Shown here piece by piece: positions 19,218-27,792 of a stretch of DNA of 49,614 nt. The stretch spans positions 1 to 49,614 of the forward strand of contig JAWSUP010000001.1 of assembly GCA_033549405.1 (NCBI GenBank), read 5' to 3'. This DNA is from Bacillota bacterium. Lineage in GTDB: Bacteria; Bacillota; Clostridia; Saccharofermentanales; UBA5734. The translations under genes were made by a program, and so were the position numbers. The notes below the pieces were generated by a model, which was not told the origin of the DNA, made no database searches, and saw only the letters and a list, made by a program, of their open reading frames with translations. How positions within the stretch are numbered: the first letter of the stretch is position 1; each line of letters opens with the position of its first letter.

Positions 19218-19891
19218 ATGCCAAGGCCCTCCCTAATCTTGTGGTATATCTGCTCTGCAAGTACCTCTTCCGGCTGTGCTGCGTCCAGGACAGTGATGCG
19301 TTCTGGCTCCGAGGCAGCCAATTGGCGATAACCGTCACGTGTTCGCTGCATAAACGAAACACTTTCATGATCGAGACGGTCCTGCTTGTGCCGGCGTCCC
19401 GACAGGCGATCCAAAGCACTTTCAACCGGCAGATCAAGAAGGATCGTGATGTCCGGTCGGCAAGCGCCGATAGCCAGCTGGTTGAGTGATCGGATTACAG
19501 TCTGATCCAACGATCGGCCAAATCCCTGGTAGGCAGCCGTTGAGTCAAAAAAGCGATCGCAGATCACCCATTTTCCTGATTCCAGGTTCGGCAGAATGAC
19601 TTCGCGCACCAGTTGCGCCCTGGCTGCTGCGAAAAGCAGTAGTTCTGTTTCCATGCACATACCCGTATGCTCTTTATCCAGCAAGATCCTGCGTATAGCT
19701 TCTCCGATCGGTGTTCCGCCCGGTTCGCGCAGAACCCGGACCTCTTTACCCTTATCGGTCAATCTTGCGGACAAACGCTTAATCTGTGTCGTTTTGCCTG
19801 ATCCATCGATTCCTTCGAAGGTGATCAGGCGGCCTGGCATGGAAAATTGAGTCTGCTGCCCATCTGTCGGCTTATGTTCATTATACATCAT
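19214..19891 (-). CDS. tmk: dTMP kinase
   Basis: FEGIDGSGKTTQ P-loop and LREPGGT. Start set at MMYNEH, preceded by GGGAG. Confidence 0.9.
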   Translation of the reverse strand: MMYNEHKPTDGQQTQFSMPGRLITFEGIDGSGKTTQIKRLSARLTDKGKEVRVLREPGGTPIGEAIRRILLDKEHTGMCMETELLLFAAARAQLVREVILPNLESGKWVICDRFFDSTAAYQGFGRSLDQTVIRSLNQLAIGACRPDITILLDLPVESALDRLSGRRHKQDRLDHESVSFMQRTRDGYRQLAASEPERITVLDAAQPEEVLAEQIYHKIREGLGI

Positions 19892-19913
19892 ATCGGCTCC
19901 CGATGGAATCAGA

Positions 19914-21497
19914 TCAGGCAAAGACTTGCACCTTTCCCGCATCTATTCCGCTTATACTGATATTATTCTCTAATAATTGGCGCACAAAATCAACTCTGTC
20001 CTGATCGACTCTTTCTCCAGGCCAGATCAGGGCGATGCCAGGCGGGTAAGGCGCGACTGAGCGGGCAGCAATCAATCCAACAGCTTCTTCCAGGGTCAAC
20101 TGCCGTATTGGGCGTTTTGCCAGCAGCGCTTCCTGTAAGGGCATCGCCTGTTGCAGCGGTTGCCAGGATGTGCGCCAGTTCGCCTCGAGCGCCAGCAGCT
20201 TGCGGCTGCGTTCGCAACTTGACCGGTCGGCGACCTGCAAAGTCGCAGCAGCAATATTCAGAATGCCCGACAGCTGATTCCAATCGCTTTCCTGCTGCCA
20301 CAGAGAAGGGATCAGGACAAGTCTGGTCAAGTCGGCAAATTCAATGTCAACACCGTTGTCAAAGAGCTGCCGGGTCAAAAAGGGCGTCACTGTAACATCA
20401 TCTTCATCACTCATTGTGATCACAATCCGCAACGGGTCGCGATCAAGGCCGCTGCTTCCGGGATGCCCCGCTTCGGCTGTCGGGATGCGCCGGTCTGGCT
20501 GGCAAGTAAGCCGGCTGTTCAGCCTGCCACGAAAAGCGGCCAGATGAGCCAGCTGCTGACTGATGCGCGCAGCGCCTGTTTCTGTCAGCAGCTTTCTCGC
20601 ATAGTCAAGGCTGGCAGCGATCGGAAAAGGCGGACTCGATGTCTGGAAAACCGCTGTGAGCCGATCCAGTCTGGCAGCTATCAGGCAGTCATTGGTAACA
20701 GCAGCCCGGCCGAAATGCAGAAAAGCGCCGCCGGTCAGAACAGGCAATGTCTTATGGCCGCTCTGCGCACAGGCATCTGCACCTGAAGCCAGAGCCGATA
20801 CTGGCAATCGATGATCACGATCATATGACAGGTGGGCCCCATGTGCCTCGTCGACGAGCAGCAGGGCGCCCCTGCGATGGACAACCTGAGCGATCGCCCG
20901 GGTTGCGGCACACCCGCCATAATAATCGGGAGAAGTCAGCAAAACGGCCTGGCACTGGGGGTTTTCGGCCAGCGCTTTATCCACGTCTGCTGCAGTCGCC
21001 TGAGGCAGCAGGGTCAATCTTGGTTGTTGTGTAAACTCATCCGGCGGGGGAAAACCGGTCTGCTGCAATGGCAGAATCGTCAGATTCAACAGCGCAGCCG
21101 CGTGCAGAACGGATCGATGGCAGGTGCGGGCAACCATCAGTGTCCCGCCAAAGCCAACTGCGCAAGCCAGCATAATATGGATTGCGGTTGTCGATCCGCC
21201 TGTGATGAAACGTGTCAGACCGGCACCACAGACCTCTGCAGCCAGTGCCATCGCCCGGTTGGCAGGACCGGTCGGCCGGTTCAAGTCATCGGTTGTTGGC
21301 AGTTCAGTCAAGTCAATATCGGCCAGGCAATGACGGAACCAGGCCGGCCAGGCTTGTCCGGCGCTGTGGCCAGGCGTATGCCAGCTGCTCCGACCGCTCC
21401 GGGCATGTGCCAGCAGGGCATCAAGTAAAGGTGTTTGCCCATCTGGAAATTGATCTGTCATTGTCGTCACCGTTCTTGTTGAAAAGAGAGCCGGCAT
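19914..21497 (-). CDS. Orn/Lys/Arg decarboxylase family PLP enzyme (YaaO-like)
   Basis: HTPGHSAG and SGHKTLP (PLP lysine) motifs. Lies upstream of tmk, in the conserved position. Confidence 0.8.
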   Translation of the reverse strand: MPALFSTRTVTTMTDQFPDGQTPLLDALLAHARSGRSSWHTPGHSAGQAWPAWFRHCLADIDLTELPTTDDLNRPTGPANRAMALAAEVCGAGLTRFITGGSTTAIHIMLACAVGFGGTLMVARTCHRSVLHAAALLNLTILPLQQTGFPPPDEFTQQPRLTLLPQATAADVDKALAENPQCQAVLLTSPDYYGGCAATRAIAQVVHRRGALLLVDEAHGAHLSYDRDHRLPVSALASGADACAQSGHKTLPVLTGGAFLHFGRAAVTNDCLIAARLDRLTAVFQTSSPPFPIAASLDYARKLLTETGAARISQQLAHLAAFRGRLNSRLTCQPDRRIPTAEAGHPGSSGLDRDPLRIVITMSDEDDVTVTPFLTRQLFDNGVDIEFADLTRLVLIPSLWQQESDWNQLSGILNIAAATLQVADRSSCERSRKLLALEANWRTSWQPLQQAMPLQEALLAKRPIRQLTLEEAVGLIAARSVAPYPPGIALIWPGERVDQDRVDFVRQLLENNISISGIDAGKVQVFA

Positions 21498-21519
21498 AAC
21501 CGGCTCTCAAGTGCTCTGA

Positions 21520-22173
21520 TCAATAATCGAGTTTGATTGTGTGCAGTCCGGCTATTTCCAGCCAGATCTCTTTTTCGATACGGTCAATATCCTTGCGGAT
21601 ATCTTCATAGGTTTCTTCAGCCTGTATTCTTCGGTCCCAGCGTGAAGATCGATCACTGCCGGCTGTTTTTCGGTTTTGCCGCATCTGCTGATCCGCTCGC
21701 ACCGGCTTCTCCCTGGGGGGCTGGCTCTGTCTATTGACGTGCTGTGCAGTCTTTTCCACCGGGGCTGTTTCTGCACGTTCGGGTGCTCTGGCGGCTGCCA
21801 CCGTCGCATCTGACTGATTTCGGCTCTGCGGCCGGTTCTGGCTGCTGCGATTGCGCCGATTCTTATTGGATCGCGTATTGCTCCGATTGCCAGATGCCGC
21901 TGTTTTTTGTTGATTAGGATTGCTTTTCGCGCCAGCCTCTGCACTGCGCACACCGGTCTCCCGGTTTACCGGTTCACGATGCACACTTTGGTTCTCTTGT
22001 CTTTGTTCGACCGGGCCAGTGCGAACATTAGCCTGCTGCGCCGGTTTATTCACTTGATCACCAGATGCGCCGGCAGGTCCGAAATGGCGGTAGTTGCGCT
22101 TGCGGCGATTCGTTCCGCCTGATTTTCCGGAATCAGCATTCGCTGAATTTCCGATATTGCCCGTATTACTCAT
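21520..22173 (-). CDS. hypothetical low-complexity basic protein with short structured C-terminus
   Basis: About 190 aa rich in N/R/Q/S/P, ending in EETYEDIRKDIDRIEKEIWLEIAGLHTIKLDY. No recognisable domain. Confidence 0.45.
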   Translation of the reverse strand: MSNTGNIGNSANADSGKSGGTNRRKRNYRHFGPAGASGDQVNKPAQQANVRTGPVEQRQENQSVHREPVNRETGVRSAEAGAKSNPNQQKTAASGNRSNTRSNKNRRNRSSQNRPQSRNQSDATVAAARAPERAETAPVEKTAQHVNRQSQPPREKPVRADQQMRQNRKTAGSDRSSRWDRRIQAEETYEDIRKDIDRIEKEIWLEIAGLHTIKLDY

Positions 22174-22243
22174 TCATGTACCTCCTGCTTCCAGATCAGT
22201 CAGGCTGATCTGGCAAACCCCGACTTTATGGGGTCGCACCTGT

Positions 22244-22777
22244 TCATTTTAACGTGTTTTGCATGTGATGACAAGTCGGATACCATTCTGACCGGACTAA
22301 TCTGACACCGGCTGATGTCCCGATCGTGCCGTCCGTCAGTTCCCTGAGCGGGATCATGACAAATTGCCGGTCCTGCATGCGCGGATGGGGCAAAATAAGG
22401 TGCGGGTCAGATAACTGCAGCTGGCCGTAGGTCAAGATGTCGATGTCGATGGTACGGGGACCCCAGCGGATCCGCCGTTCTCGCCCGAGTTCCCGCTCAA
22501 CTGCCTGACAGGTCTGTAACAGCTCATCTGGCGACAACGTCGTCATAATCTTGACAACACAGTTGTAAAAGGCTGGCTGTTCTGTTAACCCGACCGGGTC
22601 CGTTTCATAAAGCGATGACACGGCGTCGATTTCGATACCGTCGATACCGGCCAGCTTATGCACGGCAAAAACCAGATAACCAATTCTGTCGCCCAGGTTG
22701 GAGCCAAGTGACAGAAACACGGCTACCGGTTTACCCGGATTGATGTGATCAGGCATTTTATCTGTTGGGTTGCTCAT
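22244..22777 (-). CDS. folK: 2-amino-4-hydroxy-6-hydroxymethyldihydropteridine diphosphokinase
   Basis: LSLGSNLGDR and WGPRTIDIDIL motifs. Confidence 0.88.
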   Translation of the reverse strand: MSNPTDKMPDHINPGKPVAVFLSLGSNLGDRIGYLVFAVHKLAGIDGIEIDAVSSLYETDPVGLTEQPAFYNCVVKIMTTLSPDELLQTCQAVERELGRERRIRWGPRTIDIDILTYGQLQLSDPHLILPHPRMQDRQFVMIPLRELTDGTIGTSAGVRLVRSEWYPTCHHMQNTLK

Positions 22778-23154
22778 CTGTTCCGCTGCCTGTATATCCG
22801 GACGGCCATGTAGTCAAATTGACCTTCAATCGGTGCTTCCGGCTTGCGGACTGTCACATCGACAGCTTCAGCGATCTGATAGGTTTGCAGAAGCGTGTCG
22901 GCCACGGCGCCGGCCAACCGCTCGATCAAATCATAGGATGCCTGCTCGACAATCTCTTTGATCACTAAATAAGCCTGGCCGTAATCAATCGTCTGCGCCA
23001 GGAGATCAGTTGCTGTCGCAGGCAGACGATCGCAGTGGAAAATGACATCCAGAATAAAGTTCTGACCGTTTTTCTTCTCTTCCGGCAATACACCGACATG
23101 GCTGAAAAAGACCATGCCGCTCATGATGACCTGGTCACTCAATGCTGGACTCAC
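22774..23154 (-). CDS. folB: dihydroneopterin aldolase
   Basis: GVLPEEKKNGQNFILDV and DYGQ motifs. 4-nt overlaps with both folP and folK. Confidence 0.85.
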   Translation of the reverse strand: MSPALSDQVIMSGMVFFSHVGVLPEEKKNGQNFILDVIFHCDRLPATATDLLAQTIDYGQAYLVIKEIVEQASYDLIERLAGAVADTLLQTYQIAEAVDVTVRKPEAPIEGQFDYMAVRIYRQRNR

Positions 23155-24023
23155 GTTGATTCCTCCCTACGGCTGCGGCAGATCGCATCTGCCATCCGGA
23201 CAACCGGTGCCAGTTCCTGAACATCGTGGACGCGTACAAAGTCGGCGCCACGGGCTATAGCGACAGCCACGGCGGTCGCTGTCCCCATCAAACGCTCATC
23301 TACAGGCGCCTGCAGAATTTCACCGATGAAGCGCTTGCGCGAAGGCCCGACCAGAATTGGCAATTCGAAGGTTTGCAACTCTGGGAGGCGCCGGATCATA
23401 GCCAAAGATTCAGCTGTAGTCACCCCAAATCCGATACCCGGGTCAAGGATGATCTGGTCTGGCGCCAGACCAGCCTGAAATGCCAATGTCAGGCTGCTGT
23501 GTAAAAAAGCTGTCATGGCGGATATGATATCATGTCGGTCATCTTGATTGTTTTCCCGATAGAGCCGCGCATTGTGCATGATCACGACACCAGCCTGTGC
23601 TTCGGCTGCCACCTGCGCCATCGATCCGCCTGATTGCAGCCCCATGACATCATTAACGATACTCGCGCCAGCTTCCAGGGCGGCCCGGGCAATCTCAGGC
23701 TTAGAGGTATCGATCGATATCGGGCAGCCAAACCGCTTCGCGATACCTGCAACGACCGGCAGGATCCGACGCAGCTCTTCGTCGGCGCTAACCGGTTCTC
23801 CGCCAGGACGCGTTGATTCGCCGCCAACATCAATGATATCAGCACCGGCAGTCAACATAGCTTCAGTCTGGCGCAGGGCATCGTTCGGCACGGCAAATAG
23901 GCCGCCGTCAGAGAAAGAATCAGGCGTCACATTGACAATACCCATGATATAGGTCCGATTGCCGATGGGAAACCGGTGCTGTCTGCAGCGGAAAACGACT
24001 TGCGGACCTGCTGTCTCAATCAC
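23151..24023 (-). CDS. folP: dihydropteroate synthase
   Basis: IMGIVNVTPDSFSDGG, DVGGESTRPG, DPGIGFG and RVHDV motifs. Confidence 0.92.
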   Translation of the reverse strand: MIETAGPQVVFRCRQHRFPIGNRTYIMGIVNVTPDSFSDGGLFAVPNDALRQTEAMLTAGADIIDVGGESTRPGGEPVSADEELRRILPVVAGIAKRFGCPISIDTSKPEIARAALEAGASIVNDVMGLQSGGSMAQVAAEAQAGVVIMHNARLYRENNQDDRHDIISAMTAFLHSSLTLAFQAGLAPDQIILDPGIGFGVTTAESLAMIRRLPELQTFELPILVGPSRKRFIGEILQAPVDERLMGTATAVAVAIARGADFVRVHDVQELAPVVRMADAICRSRREEST

Positions 24024-24043
24024 TTTTGCTTCACCTCATGCAT

Positions 24044-24691
24044 TTATCGGCGCCTATTGATCAACGACATGGCCTCTGCCCGCGAACGGGCATCGCTTTT
24101 GCACAATCCGCGTAAAGCTGATGTGACCGTCAGTGAACCAGGTTTGCGGATCCCGCGCATGGTCATGCAAAGGTGCTCTGCTTCAACAATGACAGCCACA
24201 CCCATCGGTTTGACAGCTGCGACAAGCGTATCGGCAATCTGGGAGGTCAGCCTTTCCTGTAGCTGCGGCTTTCTGGACATAACGTCGACAATGCGGGCAA
24301 TTTTGCTCAGACCGACGATTCTGCCTTCACGAGGGATGTATACGACATGTGCCCGCCCGATAAATGGCAGCAGGTGATGCTCACACATGGAATAAAAAGG
24401 TATGTCGCCGACCATGATCATTTCGTCGTGATCCTTTTCATGAAAAACCTTGATCACGTCGTGCACATCGATGTGAAGCCCTGCAAACAGCTCTTCGTAC
24501 ATACGCGCCACACGTGCAGGCGTTTCCAGCAGACCTTCGCGGTCAGGGTTTTCGCCAATTGCATACAAGATCTCGCGAACAGCCCGTTCTATGCGGGGCA
24601 GATCGACAGCAGTCGGCTCATCATCAGGTTTGCCGCCGGTCTGAGCCAGTTCCTGGTCATCAGCCGACTGATTCAATTCAGTTGAATTCAC
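24044..24691 (-). CDS. folE: GTP cyclohydrolase I
   Basis: [12 protein letters not shown] and HLCMTMRG motifs. Confidence 0.92.
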   Translation of the reverse strand: MNSTELNQSADDQELAQTGGKPDDEPTAVDLPRIERAVREILYAIGENPDREGLLETPARVARMYEELFAGLHIDVHDVIKVFHEKDHDEMIMVGDIPFYSMCEHHLLPFIGRAHVVYIPREGRIVGLSKIARIVDVMSRKPQLQERLTSQIADTLVAAVKPMGVAVIVEAEHLCMTMRGIRKPGSLTVTSALRGLCKSDARSRAEAMSLINRRR

Positions 24692-25680
24692 CGTATATTC
24701 CCTTTCTTATCTGCCAGTATCTGGCGGCGGTACTGCATGGGTGTCATGCCAATGTGTTTTCTGAATGCTGCATTGAAACGCTGCGGACTGGAAAAACCAA
24801 CCTGGGTCGCAATGCCGCTGACCTTGATATCCTGCTGCTCCAGCAACTTGCAGGCATGATCGACACGGACCTGCATCAAAAAAGTCATCGGGTTCATACC
24901 GGTTTCATCCCGGAAAGCGCGGGCAAAATAACCCTGGCTGAGAAAAACATAACCGGCTACATCAGCGATCGACAAATCATGGTCGTGGTTTTCGACAATA
25001 TAGTCACGGGCGATCTTGACCAGTTCACGCGCCTTGCCGCTGCGTACCCGCAAGCTCTCTTCCCATTCTTCGCGCAGGCCGCGTGCCAGTACAACCAGAA
25101 GTTCCATCGCCAGAAGCTGCATCATCAGCTCGCGCCCATACGCTTCTTTGCGGTTCTCCCGCAGAATACGCTCGGTCAACGTCGCGATATCCTGGCGGCT
25201 TTTACCGCGCAGCAAAAGATACGGATCATCCACTTTGCCGGCTCTGCCAGAATCGCTGCCATAGGCAAAATTGATGAATTGTTCCAGCGTTTGTGGTGCA
25301 ATATCGGTCGTTTTCTGCATTTGAAAATCCGGCAACGAGGCGTCCCTGTCAGTTCCAGTCATGCCATGGTGAGCAAAACCGAAATACAAGACCATCATGT
25401 CGGCCGCGCCTTCAAGAATGCGGATACTGTGAGAGCTGCGCGGGCGGATTACAAGGGTCGCCCCTTTCTCGATCAGAACTCGGCGTCCTTCGATGAGAAA
25501 CTCAGCTTTCCCGTTGCGCATGTATGTCAGCTCGTGGTAATCGTGTCGGCTCGGATTCGTCATGGTCGCAGATCTTTCAAAGGAACGTTCAATCCCTTTA
25601 AAAACAACCGGTATGGAACCGGCTGCATCCATGATACCTCTTTCAACTGCTGGCAACAGATCTTCAAACATCAGCATCAC
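24688..25680 (-). CDS. AraC family transcriptional regulator (cupin sensor plus HTH_18)
   Basis: C-terminal [20 protein letters not shown]...GMTPMQYRR. The stop overlaps the folE ATG by 4 nt. Confidence 0.82.
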   Translation of the reverse strand: MMLMFEDLLPAVERGIMDAAGSIPVVFKGIERSFERSATMTNPSRHDYHELTYMRNGKAEFLIEGRRVLIEKGATLVIRPRSSHSIRILEGAADMMVLYFGFAHHGMTGTDRDASLPDFQMQKTTDIAPQTLEQFINFAYGSDSGRAGKVDDPYLLLRGKSRQDIATLTERILRENRKEAYGRELMMQLLAMELLVVLARGLREEWEESLRVRSGKARELVKIARDYIVENHDHDLSIADVAGYVFLSQGYFARAFRDETGMNPMTFLMQVRVDHACKLLEQQDIKVSGIATQVGFSSPQRFNAAFRKHIGMTPMQYRRQILADKKGNIR

Positions 25681-25773
25681 CCGCCACCATCATAGCAGAA
25701 ATAACTGAGGTTGTAAAAATAAGCCAGGGGGACATCCATATTGTCCCACCCGAAGTGGAACAGGCATGCAAGT

Positions 25774-26415
25774 TCAGGGCAGCGGTGCACAAGAGTCACT
25801 GACAGCCGCTATTTTCAAGCTATACCAGGTCTCAGCAGCAGCCAGAAGGATCGCCTCTTCTGGTGACAGATCAAGGCAGATCAGCAGGTCGCTTCCCTGC
25901 GACTCATAACTAAAACCGGTTGATTCCGCCTGACCCATGATTTTCAGGATCCGGACACCGGCCAGCATCTGGATTTCCTGGTCTGTCGGGGAACTGGGCA
26001 CGAGATAAATGTCCACCAGAGAACCCTCTGCCAGCCAATAGCCATTCGCAGCGGCTGCGTCGAGCCTGATGGTCATGAGGCGTCGGCCGGGTTCTGTTCC
26101 CGGATAGAGCAAACCGGCAGACTGGCCGGTTATTCGATTGCCAAGCAGGATCTCTCCCTCCGAAAGATCTGTGGTGCAGATAAGGCCGATAGCCATTTGG
26201 GCATCGGTCACCCAGTCTGCCCGCACGAGCTTAGCCGGCACTTCAACGATGCCAAGATCAGATGAATCCAGCTGACTGCCGGCTTCGATCTCCCGCAACA
26301 CGACAACCACAGGGGTCGTCTGAATTTTATCTCGCGACCGCCCGGCATACCAGGCCAGACCGACCAGGACGACTGTCAGCACGATTGTCAATGTCACCTG
26401 CTTTGAGTGGCGCAT
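25774..26415 (-). CDS. cpaB: Flp pilus assembly protein CpaB/RcpC-like (TM anchor plus SAF domain)
   Basis: N-terminal TM, then VVVVLREIEAGSQLDSSDLGIVEVPAKLV (SAF-like). It is the last gene of the tad-like cluster. Confidence 0.62.
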   Translation of the reverse strand: MRHSKQVTLTIVLTVVLVGLAWYAGRSRDKIQTTPVVVVLREIEAGSQLDSSDLGIVEVPAKLVRADWVTDAQMAIGLICTTDLSEGEILLGNRITGQSAGLLYPGTEPGRRLMTIRLDAAAANGYWLAEGSLVDIYLVPSSPTDQEIQMLAGVRILKIMGQAESTGFSYESQGSDLLICLDLSPEEAILLAAAETWYSLKIAAVSDSCAPLP

Positions 26416-26426
26416 GTCAAGCTCCT

Positions 26427-26454
26427 TTCGCGTGGTGGGAAAGTTGTATTCTTA
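26427..26454. repeat. 28-bp direct repeat, copy 1 (immediately upstream of the cpaB RBS)
   Basis: TTCGCGTGGTGGGAAAGTTGTATTCTTA is identical to 26565-26592. Confidence 0.9.
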
Positions 26455-26469
26455 ACATACCTTTCCCAC

Positions 26470-26558
26470 AGGCTTTTCGGCGCTTTCTCCCGCTACGCGG
26501 GCTGTCTGACTGCGGAGCAAGCTCCTCAGCTTGTCAGACAGCAGCGCCTGAAAAGCCT
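26470..26558 (-). ncRNA. long branched hairpin (candidate cis-regulatory RNA or small mobile hairpin element) inside the pilus operon
   Basis: Nested complementary arms: AGGCTTTTCGGCGC/GCGCCTGAAAAGCCT, GCTGTCTGAC/GTCAGACAGC, GGAGC/GCTCC. A side stem CCCGC-TAC-GCGGG branches off. A second hairpin, GTGGGAAAG...CTTTCCCAC (26434-26469), adjoins it. Confidence 0.45.
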
Positions 26559-26564
26559 ACCCGC

Positions 26565-26592
26565 TTCGCGTGGTGGGAAAGTTGTATTCTTA
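26565..26592. repeat. 28-bp direct repeat, copy 2 (overlaps the stop codon of the TadE-like gene)
   Basis: Identical to 26427-26454. Confidence 0.9.
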
Positions 26593-27081
26593 GTCTATAA
26601 ATATTTCCAGTGAGTGGACAATCGGCACATCCTGTCCATCCTGTAGCGTCAAAACGGCTTCGATCACTACAATCGGCTGATTTTCAGGCTGACGGTCGCC
26701 CATCCAGTGGTCTGGATCATACGGCAGCAGCCGCGTCGTGAAGCGAATCTGCTGCAGTTCCAGGCAGTCTGCCAGAATGACAGGGCAATGATCCATGAAA
26801 TGTCTGGCCAGCATGGTCCGCGTTGAAATGGTCTGCATTTTTGCATGTCCGACAGACAAGTCGCCTAGATTCAGTCCGGTACAGGCTGCCGGTAAAACCT
26901 GCTGGACATATTGATGCGCGCGCCTGACCAAAAGCCATTCATAGATCCGTTCGATGCAGCCTGTGCCGATCGGTACGATAAGCAAAGCGGTGATCATGAA
27001 TATCACCAGTGCTGTAGCTATGGAACCGCGTCGAAAGCCTGCAGTATGCGGCAAACCATACTGGCTTCGTAGACGAAACAT
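26590..27081 (-). CDS. TadE/TadG-like pseudopilin-type membrane protein
   Basis: The N-terminus RRGSIATALVIFMITALLIVPIGTG resembles the TadE N-terminal motif. Supported by pilus-locus context. Confidence 0.5.
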   Translation of the reverse strand: MFRLRSQYGLPHTAGFRRGSIATALVIFMITALLIVPIGTGCIERIYEWLLVRRAHQYVQQVLPAACTGLNLGDLSVGHAKMQTISTRTMLARHFMDHCPVILADCLELQQIRFTTRLLPYDPDHWMGDRQPENQPIVVIEAVLTLQDGQDVPIVHSLEIFID

Positions 27082-27410
27082 GCGTTTACTTCCTCCATCT
27101 GCAGCGCCATTGTCAGGCGCATGTCAGTAAATGTCGCCTGAACAGTCATGGTCATGATGTCACCGTATGCGGCCTGCTCAGGCGCCTGTACGACCGTGAC
27201 GGTGAAGTGGCGGTCTTGCAGTGTCTGAACCAGGTTTGCGGCGGCTGTTCCGGTCAGTCCGCCGCTCTGGTCCATCAGGAGCGCATACTGGTGACAGACA
27301 GCGTCAAATTCAATCCGGCGAAACAGGGGCAGGCAGCACAAGAGCAGCTGCACGCTGATAGCTGTCATCAAGACCATGCCGATGACCATAACCAGTAATC
27401 TGTCGATCAT
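27018..27410 (-). CDS. pilus-locus membrane-anchored protein (DUF4320-like)
   Basis: An N-terminal TM followed by a small soluble domain, a pattern similar to DUF4320 proteins of Firmicutes Flp loci. By-eye call. Confidence 0.4.
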   Translation of the reverse strand: MIDRLLVMVIGMVLMTAISVQLLLCCLPLFRRIEFDAVCHQYALLMDQSGGLTGTAAANLVQTLQDRHFTVTVVQAPEQAAYGDIMTMTVQATFTDMRLTMALQMEEVNACFVYEASMVCRILQAFDAVP

Positions 27411-27518
27411 AGCGATTCCCCCATTTCATCACATCAGATTCGAACGGTCCAGAATGACACATTGCAATCAAGCTTGTTGCTTAAGATCGCAAATATGGTC
27501 ATTGCGCTTAAATCAGTT

Positions 27519-27746
27519 TTATCCGACAGTCGTCGCAAATATGGATGATGACATGCTGGTCCACCAGCTTTGCAGATTGCTGATCAGGCTCGATGCAAAG
27601 GTCTGCAGACCTGGAATGACGATAACCGCCGCGATGATGATACCTGCGGCGATGCCGATAACCTCATTCAGGCCAAATCCGCGCCGCCCGGCCAGTTGCT
27701 TCTCACCCTTGTTCTTTCGGACCTTTCTGTTGCTTGTTTTCTTCAT
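27519..27746 (-). CDS. Flp1-like / type IV-like pilin precursor
   Basis: MKKTSNRKVRKNKGEKQLAGRRG|FGLNEVIGIAAGIIIAAVIV: a basic leader, then Gly, a hydrophobic stretch and Glu at +5. Start set at MKK, preceded by GAGGAGG. Confidence 0.6.
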   Translation of the reverse strand: MKKTSNRKVRKNKGEKQLAGRRGFGLNEVIGIAAGIIIAAVIVIPGLQTFASSLISNLQSWWTSMSSSIFATTVG

Positions 27747-27792
27747 CTTCAAGACCTCCTCGTCATATTTGCCGGCAGCCATGTGGCTGCGA

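Noticed and set aside
24514-25695. 393-aa plus-strand ORF
   Set aside because: Antisense to the well-supported AraC regulator and the folE 5' end. No recognisable domain; a shadow ORF.
26455-26564. Integron attC site
   Set aside because: An imperfect hairpin is present, but the ends do not fit the RYYYAAC / GTTRRRY core sites on either strand, and there is no integron integrase nearby.
26427-26592. Possible CRISPR array (28-bp repeat)
   Set aside because: There are only two copies, the intervening ~110 nt is itself a long self-complementary hairpin rather than a spacer, and no cas genes are present. Reported instead as a structured intergenic element.
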